From Candidatus Babeliales bacterium (GTDB lineage Bacteria > Babelota > Babeliae > Babelales > JANWKD01): a stretch of 64,000 bases of DNA. The stretch covers positions 160,001 through 224,000 of the forward strand of contig CAVXJH010000006.1 in NCBI GenBank assembly GCA_963762115.1, in the 5' to 3' direction. The notes below the pieces were generated by a model, which saw only the letters and a list, made by a program, of their open reading frames with translations, was not told the DNA's origin and made no database searches. Below are positions 30,582 to 40,225 of the stretch, in pieces. Position numbers and translations under genes: made by a program. Each line of letters starts with the position of its first letter. The stretch's first letter is position 1.

Positions 30582-31595
30582 GTGGCGACAATAATAATGA
30601 TCAAACTGTTTTTTGCAATTTTTATTTCTCTTCTTATTACTTTATATGCTGTCCCTATTATGTCTAGTTTAGCAAAGCGGTTGGGAGTCCTCGATATTCC
30701 CGATGGCAAAATAAAGAAACACGAAAAACCAACACCCTATTTAGGTGGTATTGCCGTCTATTTAGGGTTTATTACTTCTTTGGCTCTTGTCTTTCCCTTT
30801 GAGAATCAAATCCTTCTTTTTGTTCTTGGTTCAACATTATTACTTTTTGTTGGATTAATTGATGATTTATTAGTATCCAAACCATATCAAAAATTTTTTG
30901 GTCAATGTTTAGCAACGCTTTGTTTTTTGAAGGCAGGTTTTTTTTTAAAAGAAACATTTTTCCTTAAAAGTTATTGGAATATTCCCATTTCACTTCTTTG
31001 GATGCTTTCTATAATAAATGCTTTTAATTTAGTTGATGTTATGGATGGATTGGCAACAAGTTTAGCGATTTATGCAACATGTTCATTTATGATTATTGCT
31101 ATAGCATTTAATCAGGGAAATATAGCTCTTTTGTTAGGATCATTATTGGGGGCATTATTAGGCTTTTTTTGGTATAATAGACCTCATGCCCAAATTTATT
31201 TAGGAGATGCAGGATCTCTTTTTATTGGTGGATTTTTAGCTACAATACCTTTCCTCTTTAATTGGGGTTTGTATAACTGGCATGGATTTCTTACTCCGGT
31301 AATTATTCTCGCCATTCCCTTGCTTGAAGTATGTACTCTTATCATAGTTCGCTCTCGAAAAGGAATTCCTTTTTATCAAGGGAGTCCGGATCATTTTTCT
31401 TTGTATCTAAAATATAATGGTTGGAATGTCTATGAGATTTTACTATATGTTTTTAGCTTATCTATCGTTCTCTTTTTAGCAGCCTTTGCATTTGTCTTTA
31501 ATAAAGTAACTTTATTAGAGCTTATTGGTCTTGGGCTATTTTTTTTGATTATTTGGTATAGCAGTTTAGCCTATAAAAGGAAAAAAGCCTTTTAG
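30582..31595 (+). CDS. WecA/TagO-type undecaprenyl-phosphate GlcNAc-1-phosphate transferase
   Basis: PTPYLGG, GLIDD, NAFNLVDVMDGL, YLGDAGS. Confidence 0.9.
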   Translation: MATIIMIKLFFAIFISLLITLYAVPIMSSLAKRLGVLDIPDGKIKKHEKPTPYLGGIAVYLGFITSLALVFPFENQILLFVLGSTLLLFVGLIDDLLVSKPYQKFFGQCLATLCFLKAGFFLKETFFLKSYWNIPISLLWMLSIINAFNLVDVMDGLATSLAIYATCSFMIIAIAFNQGNIALLLGSLLGALLGFFWYNRPHAQIYLGDAGSLFIGGFLATIPFLFNWGLYNWHGFLTPVIILAIPLLEVCTLIIVRSRKGIPFYQGSPDHFSLYLKYNGWNVYEILLYVFSLSIVLFLAAFAFVFNKVTLLELIGLGLFFLIIWYSSLAYKRKKAF

Positions 31596-31766
31596 TACCA
31601 CCTCTTTTAAGCCTTATGCCCATTTTTTGTTGCTTTTTTGGTGTATAAAATGAAAACACAACATAAAAAAGAATTTTTGGCTTTTATAGAGCATTTTTTT
31701 GTTGTTGCATTTATTGTGCATATCAAGTTTGTTGTTTTTTGTTTTTTTTTAGTCAGATTATATAAA

Positions 31767-31931
31767 GCTTCATGTTTAGTTGGTTAATTAAACTCCATCC
31801 TACCATCTGTGATAGTTTGGTTTGGGTAGTATGAGTTGAAGCACTGCTTATTAAAGAGTAATAGCTCAAATTTTATTTACTACAATTCCTTCTTAGCCTT
31901 TCAAATTTCTTGAGCTATTACTCTTTTTTTT
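31767..31931 (+). ncRNA. candidate structured small RNA ending in a large-loop terminator
   Basis: GCTTCA/TGAAGC-closed domain, then 17-bp perfect IR (31853-31869/31910-31926) with 40-nt loop and T-run. Confidence 0.35.
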
Positions 31932-31961
31932 AATTCTCTTCAATGCCGAATTGTTTTCTTG

Positions 31962-32837
31962 TTATTGGATCAAAAGCTTTTTTAGAATCTGTAAGTTTTT
32001 ATAGTCATCTTCTAAAGTTTCTTTGGGTGTTTCTAGTATTTTTGGTATATCAATGAGTGCAGGATCGTTTATAAGGCATTCAAATCCTAATAACCCTATA
32101 TGTCCTTTACCAATATCTTCATGCCTATCAAGATGTGAACCTAATTTTTGTTTTGAATCATTAAGATGAATTGCTTTTAGATGCTCTAGACCAATAGTGG
32201 CATCAAAGGCTTTCCAAACATTTTGGTAAGATTCTTGTGTGCTGAGATCGTATCCTGCTGCAAATGCGTGACAAGTGTCAAAACAAAACCCAATTCTTTT
32301 TTTATGGTGTATATTTGCTCTTATGAGCGCTAATTCTTCAAATGTTGATCCAATCGCTGACCCTTGGCCAGCCATATTTTCTAGAAGAATCATCGTTGAA
32401 CTTGTTGTTTGCTCAAGTGCTTTATTTAAATTGGCACTAATTTGTTTGATACCTTCTTCTTTGGTGAGTGTTCCACAAGAGCCTGGATGCAACACAAGAC
32501 TTTTAATGCCGAGCAATTCGCAACGTTCTAATTCATCAATAAGGGCTTTTATTGCTTTTTCTTCTGTTGCTTTTTGTGCAGATCCTACATTGATAAGGTA
32601 ACTTGCATGAGCAATAACTGATTTAATGTTAGATTGTTCTAACGTCTTTTTAAAGAGAATAGCATCATCAATGTGTATTGGTTTTGCATACCATTGTCTG
32701 TTGCTTTTGGTGAAAATTTGGATTGTGGTGCATCCTATTGATTCTCCACGAATAAGAGCTTGGTCATAGCCTCCAGCAACAGACATGTGTGCACCCAGTA
32801 AGAGTGTTTTTTTAGAATTCATAAAAATACCTTTCAT
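31962..32837 (-). CDS. nfo: endonuclease IV
   Basis: GAHMS, HASYLIN, HPGS, ENMAGQG, DTCH, HLNDSK, DRHE, ETP. Confidence 0.96.
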   Translation of the reverse strand: MKGIFMNSKKTLLLGAHMSVAGGYDQALIRGESIGCTTIQIFTKSNRQWYAKPIHIDDAILFKKTLEQSNIKSVIAHASYLINVGSAQKATEEKAIKALIDELERCELLGIKSLVLHPGSCGTLTKEEGIKQISANLNKALEQTTSSTMILLENMAGQGSAIGSTFEELALIRANIHHKKRIGFCFDTCHAFAAGYDLSTQESYQNVWKAFDATIGLEHLKAIHLNDSKQKLGSHLDRHEDIGKGHIGLLGFECLINDPALIDIPKILETPKETLEDDYKNLQILKKLLIQ

Positions 32838-33062
32838 AATGTCATTGATTCTTTATTGTACTTGTCAGAGCGAGCAAATAGTAGCTCTTTTTAAGGTAAA
32901 TAGTGGTTTTATTTGACAAATACAGAGAAAATAGTAACTTTTGTACATATATTTTATGACACAATTGGCCATAAAGAAGCAAAAAAAAATACTTTATTGT
33001 AGAGGCAATCTAAGAGTTTTTTTGCGTATTATTTCTTTCTTATTCATTAATGTTACCCTGAA

Positions 33063-35294
33063 ATGGATTTTTTTATGCAAAGTACAAAAAATGTTTTTTT
33101 ATTATTTGGTTTTTTTTTAATAGCTGAGATGCACGTATTAGCAGAACAACTTGTTCCTATGCCGTTGCACAAAGAAATGCAAGAAAAAGTACTTCTGTAT
33201 GCCGCTCAAGATGATGTGCAAGAAGATCAAGAAGATAGTGCTAAAGAAGCACCCTTTAAAACTGAACTAAATAATGATATTTATTCTATTACCGAAGAAC
33301 AAGAAGCTTTAGTAAAAAAAGAAAATATTGCCGGAGCTGGTGAAGAGGCTATTAATCAAGATTTTGAAAAAACCCTTTCAAAGGGTCCGTTATATTGGAG
33401 TGCTGGTAATTTGACGGGCAAGTTCCAAATAAAATATAAGCCTGAAACCTTTTATGCTAAAAACGCAAATTTGCTTAATAATGCAAATAAGTCTGATGAA
33501 ATATTCTTTAGCCGTTGCACTATTGATATCAACATGGGTCTTTATTACGGTAAAGAGTTTTATGGTTTTGATATTATGGATTTCTTTGTAACGCTGCGTA
33601 ACAAATCAAATTGGGGTAATCCTGATACTGTTGCACGTACAACATCAACACGTATAAAAACACTTGATAGTCTTGATGGCGGCCACTTACATTTTATATC
33701 GCGTCAAATTTTTTGGATGCGTGAAATGTGGCTTAAATTTTCAATTAATGAAACATTTGGTATTCCATTTACGAATCATCATTATTTCACCTTGGGAGCT
33801 TTCCCATTTGAGTTAGGACGTGGTATTGCCTTGGGCTCAGCATATGCGGTGAACCCGGGTGTATTAGGTTTTTTCTCTGATAACTCAATTGATCAGTATG
33901 CATTTGGTTATAAGTTGAATGGTGAACTTGTCCCTTCATGGCTTACCTATGATCTTTATTTGGCAATGTTGCAAAATAAAGCCGATACTTTTTTTGCAAC
34001 AGGAGAAAATATTTATGGTCAGGAATATGGTCGCATTTTAGATCAAGCACGTGGGCCATGGCATATTAATTATGTTTTTGCAGGTCGTGCAAAATGGATG
34101 CCGATAAAAACTGATTGTAATCTCATTACTATTGAGCCGTATTTTTTATATAACAGTGATCCAGAACAAGTCGTTGAATTTCCTGCTGATGCACGTACAA
34201 AATTAGGCACTTTTGGTTGTGCTGGTGAATTTACTTTTGGTGCACTTGATTTTGGTTTTGATACAGCAGTGAACATTGGGCATCAACATGTATTAGGATG
34301 GGATAGAAATCAAGTTGATCGTATTAACAATGTTGGTGTTTTCACGGTTGTTGATAGTCAAGTGGTGACCGCAGATCCAAACGTAAATGCTAAAGCGCCG
34401 AATGTTATTTATGCGCCTACCAATGCAAATGGACGTGAAGTACAAAATATTATTGATTCTGCGTCTGAAAGTGCTTCTCAAAATGGTAAATTTATAGGGT
34501 TAGCGCCAAATCCAACCAATCCTAGCGATCCAACTAAAAATGTTACTTTATTTAATAGTTTAAATCGTTTTAGAGATCCTTATAACAATAAATTTGAAGG
34601 ATGGATGATTGTTGGTGACGCAGCATATTGGTTTTGTCAAAGATCTATGCGTGTTGCTCTCGGTGCAGGTGTTGCTTCTGGTGATGAAGATCCTAATGTT
34701 GATTTTGAAAATCCTAATGATAGTAATGTTGATGGTAATTTTAAAGGATTCGTTGGGTTACAAGAAATTTATACTGGTGATCGTATACAAAGTGCATTCC
34801 TTCTTGGTGGTGCTGGCAGAATTCCTCGACCTCTTTCAACGCCAACCGGCTTGCAAGTGATCGATCGTATTCCAACAAATGTTTCCGGTTTTACTAACTT
34901 GTCTTTTGTTGGAGGCTCATTTCTATGGTCACCAAAACAATTTAAACATAATTTTAATTTCCGACCAAATATTCTTGCTTATTGGCAACAACATGCAACA
35001 AAGAAGTTTGATATTGTAACCAAGCAAAGTTCAGCAACTGAATTTGCTCGTAATTTTTTGGGTACAGAAATTAATACTTTCTTTGATCTTGAGTTAGTGC
35101 GTGATTTCAAATTCTTCTTGGTTGGCTCAATATTCTTCCCCGGCGGGCACTTTACTGATATTAAGGGTACGCCATTGAGTAAAGATCAACAGCGTATTTT
35201 AGACCGTGCTGATGTAACTGGCGTTGATACTATTCCGTTGCTTGGTGATAATACCGCGTATACATTGAACGTTGGACTTGAATATAGATTCTAA
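33063..35294 (+). CDS. large outer-membrane beta-barrel protein
   Basis: Signal-like N-terminus, alternating aromatic strands, C-terminal beta-signal GLEYRF. Confidence 0.7.
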   Translation: MDFFMQSTKNVFLLFGFFLIAEMHVLAEQLVPMPLHKEMQEKVLLYAAQDDVQEDQEDSAKEAPFKTELNNDIYSITEEQEALVKKENIAGAGEEAINQDFEKTLSKGPLYWSAGNLTGKFQIKYKPETFYAKNANLLNNANKSDEIFFSRCTIDINMGLYYGKEFYGFDIMDFFVTLRNKSNWGNPDTVARTTSTRIKTLDSLDGGHLHFISRQIFWMREMWLKFSINETFGIPFTNHHYFTLGAFPFELGRGIALGSAYAVNPGVLGFFSDNSIDQYAFGYKLNGELVPSWLTYDLYLAMLQNKADTFFATGENIYGQEYGRILDQARGPWHINYVFAGRAKWMPIKTDCNLITIEPYFLYNSDPEQVVEFPADARTKLGTFGCAGEFTFGALDFGFDTAVNIGHQHVLGWDRNQVDRINNVGVFTVVDSQVVTADPNVNAKAPNVIYAPTNANGREVQNIIDSASESASQNGKFIGLAPNPTNPSDPTKNVTLFNSLNRFRDPYNNKFEGWMIVGDAAYWFCQRSMRVALGAGVASGDEDPNVDFENPNDSNVDGNFKGFVGLQEIYTGDRIQSAFLLGGAGRIPRPLSTPTGLQVIDRIPTNVSGFTNLSFVGGSFLWSPKQFKHNFNFRPNILAYWQQHATKKFDIVTKQSSATEFARNFLGTEINTFFDLELVRDFKFFLVGSIFFPGGHFTDIKGTPLSKDQQRILDRADVTGVDTIPLLGDNTAYTLNVGLEYRF

Positions 35295-36218
35295 ATGAAA
35301 AAGTTATTGTTATTTTTGTTGCTTAATTTAGTGACATGTGTTTCGGCAATGCAACTATTGAGACAGTGCATTTCACAGGTTGATGGAAAAAAAGTAGCAA
35401 TGACATCTTTGTCTGTAGGGTTAACGTGCCTTCATTATGTTTTGGCATATAATCCTTTGGGATTTATGATTGTTGAAATATGTCAGCCTGTCGATGAATC
35501 AAAAAAAGTTACTCCTGCGGTAGAAAACTTTGTAAAAGAAGAACTTACAAAGTGTGGTTATACCGCTTTCGATAGATTGAAAATAATTAAAAGTTTTGCT
35601 TTTTGCACAAAAGCGACTCCTTCACATGATTATTTATTTTTCAATAGCATGTATGAGCCACGATTGGAAACTGTCTTAAAAGGATCATGGTATAATCGTT
35701 TCTTAGATCGTATTGGCCCATATTTTATTAAGGATATGCAATCGAAACAAGAATATAAAAATACTGTTGCGGGTATAATTCAACATGAAGGTAGTCACCT
35801 TATTAATAAAGATTCTCAAAGATATGTTATAGCCCAGTTGGCAACCGTAGGTGCTCTTGAAATTTTTTCATTTTTTTTGAAAAAAAGAATGAGACCAATT
35901 AATAATTTCTGGATTAAGCAAAGTATGAAAATACCAACCGGAATGGTAAAATTTTCCCTTAATCTTGCAGGTTGTATGGCATTTCATCGTTATACAGAAC
36001 AAGAAGCTGATGATAGTATAAATGATGATATTGCATTGCTAACTGCGGTGAAGAAAGATTTGGAAAAAAAAATGTACTTTCCGTCTGGTGAACCATTTTA
36101 TAATTATATTTTCTTTCAAAATCATCCTTCAGATGGAGACCGTTTTGAACGGTTTACCAGACGTATAGGAAAATTAAAATTTGAAGAACAGCTAAAAAAA
36201 TCTAATAAAAAAATTTAA
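35295..36218 (+). CDS. M48-like zinc metallopeptidase, secreted
   Basis: HEGSH, EQEADD, NHPS..RF; signal peptide VSA-MQ. Confidence 0.75.
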   Translation: MKKLLLFLLLNLVTCVSAMQLLRQCISQVDGKKVAMTSLSVGLTCLHYVLAYNPLGFMIVEICQPVDESKKVTPAVENFVKEELTKCGYTAFDRLKIIKSFAFCTKATPSHDYLFFNSMYEPRLETVLKGSWYNRFLDRIGPYFIKDMQSKQEYKNTVAGIIQHEGSHLINKDSQRYVIAQLATVGALEIFSFFLKKRMRPINNFWIKQSMKIPTGMVKFSLNLAGCMAFHRYTEQEADDSINDDIALLTAVKKDLEKKMYFPSGEPFYNYIFFQNHPSDGDRFERFTRRIGKLKFEEQLKKSNKKI

Positions 36219-36277
36219 ATTTGTTGTATCTTCTTTAGAAAGAAGAAATTTTGTTATTAGGTAAGGAGATTTGAGTT

Positions 36278-36712
36278 ATGAAGCGTTTGTTATCTAGTTT
36301 TTTACTTTTGGTGTTATTTTCTACTCAAATATATGCACATGCACCAATAATTGATTATGAAAAAATTAATGCCTGGTGCAACTTTATCAAACTTTCAAAA
36401 GCAGAATTAACCTTATTTCAATCATATCTTCAAGATGGCAAGGAATTAGCCGAACAGTGCAGCAAAGATCCCCATTTTGTTGATTCGTCACAAGGCAAAG
36501 AGTTACAAAATCATATGGATAAATCGGTGCAAGAATTTATGCATGATAATGCTTTAAAAGAAGCGTTTCAGTATTTTGTGATTTTAGTGCGTGAAGAATT
36601 AGCTCAAAATATTCATGAACAAAACAGAAACAAAGTTAAACGTAATTATCGATTACTTGCCATGATATTTGGTGGTTGTTTACAGTGTGTTCAGGAAAAG
36701 TTAGTAAAATAA
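36278..36712 (+). CDS. secreted hypothetical protein
   Basis: AAGGAG SD, signal peptide ending IYA. Confidence 0.7.
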   Translation: MKRLLSSFLLLVLFSTQIYAHAPIIDYEKINAWCNFIKLSKAELTLFQSYLQDGKELAEQCSKDPHFVDSSQGKELQNHMDKSVQEFMHDNALKEAFQYFVILVREELAQNIHEQNRNKVKRNYRLLAMIFGGCLQCVQEKLVK

Positions 36713-36728
36713 AATTGAAGGAATTTCC

Positions 36729-36980
36729 ATGGATATCAGAAAATTATGTATGCTTTTTTGCGCCTGTACGCTTATTTTTGTGTCTTTTGCCGGTAAAAAA
36801 AATAAAGAAAGACGTCATTCTGCTCCTGTGACATTATCCCAAAATACTATGTATCACTATTTTGAGATGATTGAACATTGGGAGAATGAAAAAAAAACGA
36901 TTGTTTCTGCAGGATTTGCTGGTTATTTTCAACATTTGATAAGCGCAAGACTACAAAATAAAGAAAGAAAAAAAATATAA
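36729..36980 (+). CDS. small secreted hypothetical protein
   Basis: AAGGA SD, signal peptide ending SFA. Confidence 0.55.
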   Translation: MDIRKLCMLFCACTLIFVSFAGKKNKERRHSAPVTLSQNTMYHYFEMIEHWENEKKTIVSAGFAGYFQHLISARLQNKERKKI

Positions 36981-37037
36981 TAATTATTATATTTTGGTAT
37001 ACTTATTAATACTAAAAATTGTAAATTTCTGTTCTTT

Positions 37038-38813
37038 ATGAGAAATGGTATGCAAAAAAATTATCTTCGCACTATTGGATGCGGTTCAGTTGATGAAAAA
37101 ATGCTCAATACGACAATTCATCTTTCAGGTTGGGTTGATGGACGTCGTGATCATGGCGGTCTTATTTTTATTGATTTGCGTGATCGTAGCGGTTTAATGC
37201 AACTTGTTTTTAACCCTGTATTTTCAGCCCAAGCACATAAAAAAGCGCATGAATTGCGTTCAGAATTTGTTATTTCTGTAACGGGTACCGTTGTTGCACG
37301 AAGTGCTGAAACGGTGAATGAAGAGTTGCCTACGGGCAGATGGGAATTGCAAGTAACTGAATTAATGGTGTTAAATACCTCAAAAGCTTTACCTTTTTCT
37401 CTTGATGCTGATGATATTGATGAAGAATTGCGTTTAAAGTATCGTTATCTTGATTTGCGTCGTCCTGCTATGCAGCGACGTCTTGCTTTGCGCAATGATA
37501 TTATTTTTGCTATGCGTTATTTTTTGCAACATAACGGTTTTTATGAAATTGAAACACCAATTTTAACGAAAAATACTCCTGAAGGTGCGCGAGAATTTAT
37601 CGTTCCTTCACGGCTGCACCAAGGCAGTTTTTATGCATTACCGCAATCACCACAACTTTATAAACAACTTTTGATGGCAAGTGGTTTTGAGCGTTATTTC
37701 CAAGTTGCGCGTTGTTTCAGAGATGAAGATTTACGAGCAGATCGTCAGCCTGAGTTTACGCAGCTTGACATAGAAATGTCGTTTGTAAAAGAAAATGATA
37801 TTATTGGTCTTATTGAAAATTTATTTCAATTTTTATTCAAAAAGATTTTTGATGTTGAGTTGACGTTACCATTGCCTCGCATGAACTATGATGAGGCTTT
37901 TGCTTTATATGGTTCTGATAAACCTGATTTGCGTTTTGATTTAAAAATTGTAGATTTTACCTCTGTTTTTCAAAACACAGAACTAAAATTTTTGCGTGCT
38001 GTGCTTGATAAAGGCGGTAAAATTGGCGGGTTGCAGGTTAAGAGTAAAAACTTTACGCGTTCTGAATTAGATGCCTATGTTGAATGGGCTCGTAAAGCGG
38101 GTTCCTCTGGTTTATTGTGGGTTCGTGTTGGTGAAAATAACACACTCGAAGCACCTGTTGCTAAATTTTTCCCACCTGATTTTTTTAATCAGTTGAAAAC
38201 AATATGTCCTTCACTTGAACAAGGTGACACCTTATTCCTGCTTGCAGGTCAATATGATGAAGCATGGGTTCATATTGGCAGATTGCGCCTTGAATTAGCG
38301 CGTGATTTGGGAATTATTCCTGTTGGAAAGCTACATTTATCATGGGTTACTGATTTCCCTCTTTTTGAATATGATAAAGAATCGAAACAATGGAATTCCA
38401 TGCATCATCCCTTTACTTCTCCGCAAGAAGGTTGGGAAAAACTTGAGCCTGGTCAAATGAAAGCACGTGCTTACGATATCATATTAAATGGCGTTGAACT
38501 TGGCGGTGGATCAATTCGTATTTTTAATAGTGAAGTTCAAAATAAAGTTTTCCAATTGCTTGGTCTTGATGAAAAAGCAATGCATGATAAATTTGGCTTT
38601 TTATTAGAAGCACAAGAATATGGTTTCCCACCGCATGGCGGCATTGCTTTAGGACTTGATCGTTTGCTTATGTTATTAACAAATGCTACCTCAATTCGTG
38701 AAGTTATTGCGTTCCCTAAAACGGCACGTGGTTATGATCCTATGATGCAATCGCCAACCGGTGTTGATGATAAGCAGCTTAAAGAATATGGTTTGCAGAA
38801 GATCAAGAAATAA
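37038..38813 (+). CDS. aspS: aspartate-tRNA ligase (likely non-discriminating)
   Basis: RRDHGG, LPQSPQ, FRDEDLRADRQPEF, PPHGG. Confidence 0.98.
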   Translation: MRNGMQKNYLRTIGCGSVDEKMLNTTIHLSGWVDGRRDHGGLIFIDLRDRSGLMQLVFNPVFSAQAHKKAHELRSEFVISVTGTVVARSAETVNEELPTGRWELQVTELMVLNTSKALPFSLDADDIDEELRLKYRYLDLRRPAMQRRLALRNDIIFAMRYFLQHNGFYEIETPILTKNTPEGAREFIVPSRLHQGSFYALPQSPQLYKQLLMASGFERYFQVARCFRDEDLRADRQPEFTQLDIEMSFVKENDIIGLIENLFQFLFKKIFDVELTLPLPRMNYDEAFALYGSDKPDLRFDLKIVDFTSVFQNTELKFLRAVLDKGGKIGGLQVKSKNFTRSELDAYVEWARKAGSSGLLWVRVGENNTLEAPVAKFFPPDFFNQLKTICPSLEQGDTLFLLAGQYDEAWVHIGRLRLELARDLGIIPVGKLHLSWVTDFPLFEYDKESKQWNSMHHPFTSPQEGWEKLEPGQMKARAYDIILNGVELGGGSIRIFNSEVQNKVFQLLGLDEKAMHDKFGFLLEAQEYGFPPHGGIALGLDRLLMLLTNATSIREVIAFPKTARGYDPMMQSPTGVDDKQLKEYGLQKIKK

Positions 38814-38831
38814 TTTTGAGAAATATGCAAA

Positions 38832-40196
38832 CTATTTTTTTAAATGTTCATTAAGTAATTCTTGTATTTCAGGATAAAAGCTTGCCCTCTGAAGAGCGTC
38901 TTTTGTTATTTTAGCGCCTTTGGCTAATAACAGTTTTACCATTTCAGAATTATTTTTTAGTATTGCAAGACTTAATGCATCGATACCCTTATGATCTTGA
39001 ACATTTGGATCACCACCAAATTTGAGAAATTTTTTCACTTCTTCTAAAGAATTTTGTTCAATGATATACGGTAATATAAAACTTCCGTTTTTGTCTGGAT
39101 CATTAGGATTAGCACCAGCCTTGATTAAATATTTTATTGCTTTTGGACTATATAATGCTGCATATAATAATGCAGTACCACCAACTTTATTTTCGATATT
39201 AATATTAGCACCAGCACCAATCAGAGATTTTATTGCTTTTTGATTATTTTTGATTACTGCATACATTAATGCAGTTCTGCCTTTATTGTCTTGTGCATCG
39301 ATATTTTTTAATATTGCATCATTTTGTAGAAGAATTTCCACAGAATCGGGATTGCTTTCTGCTGCAAACATTAATGGAGTTTTACCTTCTTTATCTTTAC
39401 TATTAACTAATTTTTCAGAATCAAATAATAATTTTTTTGAATCAGAATCAATAAAGGGTTGTATGAGAGATGGATTAAATTTAGCGGCAAACATGAGTGG
39501 ATTTTGGCGATATTTATTAGTTTGATGCATATAAGCACCTTGCTTTAAAAACTTTTTAGCCAGTTTTGGCATATAGGCAATGGCTAAAGTAAAGGCAGAC
39601 CGAGCTGTAGTATTAAAATTACTTATTTCGTTTCTTATCTCGGATGAATTTTGTTTCAAAATTTTAAAGATACTTTTGGCAAGTTTTTCATCTTCGTGTT
39701 CAATTGCATTTTGTAAAGGAGTAATGCCGAAAATATCTGGTGAAGTAACATCAAGATTTTTGCCTTCTTTTTCTATTAAATAAAGGGCTGCATTGAGGAA
39801 ACCTTTTTCAATAAGGGCATTAAGAACGGTTCTTCCTCTTCGATCTTTTAGATTTGGATTAACTCCTAATGTTAAAAGATTTTCAACTTCTTGTGCAGAT
39901 TTTGCATTATGAAGTCTTGTTTGATCGAATGGTAGTTTTTTTTGGGCTTCAGCTTTTATCTCTTGCCTTACTTCTTCTGCCGGAATTGATTCTAAAAGTT
40001 CAGGTACATTTTCAAGCTCGGGTATTACTTCAATAAATTTTTGTTTAGCAATTTCTTTTAATGTTTTGATTGGTATTATTTTTTTTTCTTCTAACTTTTG
40101 CTTTTTAGCGGGAGATTCTTTTTTTTCTTCCATAGAAAAAAGTTCAAAAGATATAAAAAATAAGGGTAACGTGATATAGAAAATATTTTTTTTCAT
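38832..40196 (-). CDS. secreted ankyrin-repeat protein
   Basis: Signal peptide; repeated GxTxLxxA...GAxxN units. Confidence 0.92.
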   Translation of the reverse strand: MKKNIFYITLPLFFISFELFSMEEKKESPAKKQKLEEKKIIPIKTLKEIAKQKFIEVIPELENVPELLESIPAEEVRQEIKAEAQKKLPFDQTRLHNAKSAQEVENLLTLGVNPNLKDRRGRTVLNALIEKGFLNAALYLIEKEGKNLDVTSPDIFGITPLQNAIEHEDEKLAKSIFKILKQNSSEIRNEISNFNTTARSAFTLAIAYMPKLAKKFLKQGAYMHQTNKYRQNPLMFAAKFNPSLIQPFIDSDSKKLLFDSEKLVNSKDKEGKTPLMFAAESNPDSVEILLQNDAILKNIDAQDNKGRTALMYAVIKNNQKAIKSLIGAGANINIENKVGGTALLYAALYSPKAIKYLIKAGANPNDPDKNGSFILPYIIEQNSLEEVKKFLKFGGDPNVQDHKGIDALSLAILKNNSEMVKLLLAKGAKITKDALQRASFYPEIQELLNEHLKK

Positions 40197-40225
40197 TGTT
40201 AATCCTTTTTAAGTTTTTTAATTAA

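Noticed and set aside
31596..31961. 6S, SRP or RNase P RNA
   Set aside because: Diagnostic motifs not recognised; kept only as an unassigned candidate sRNA
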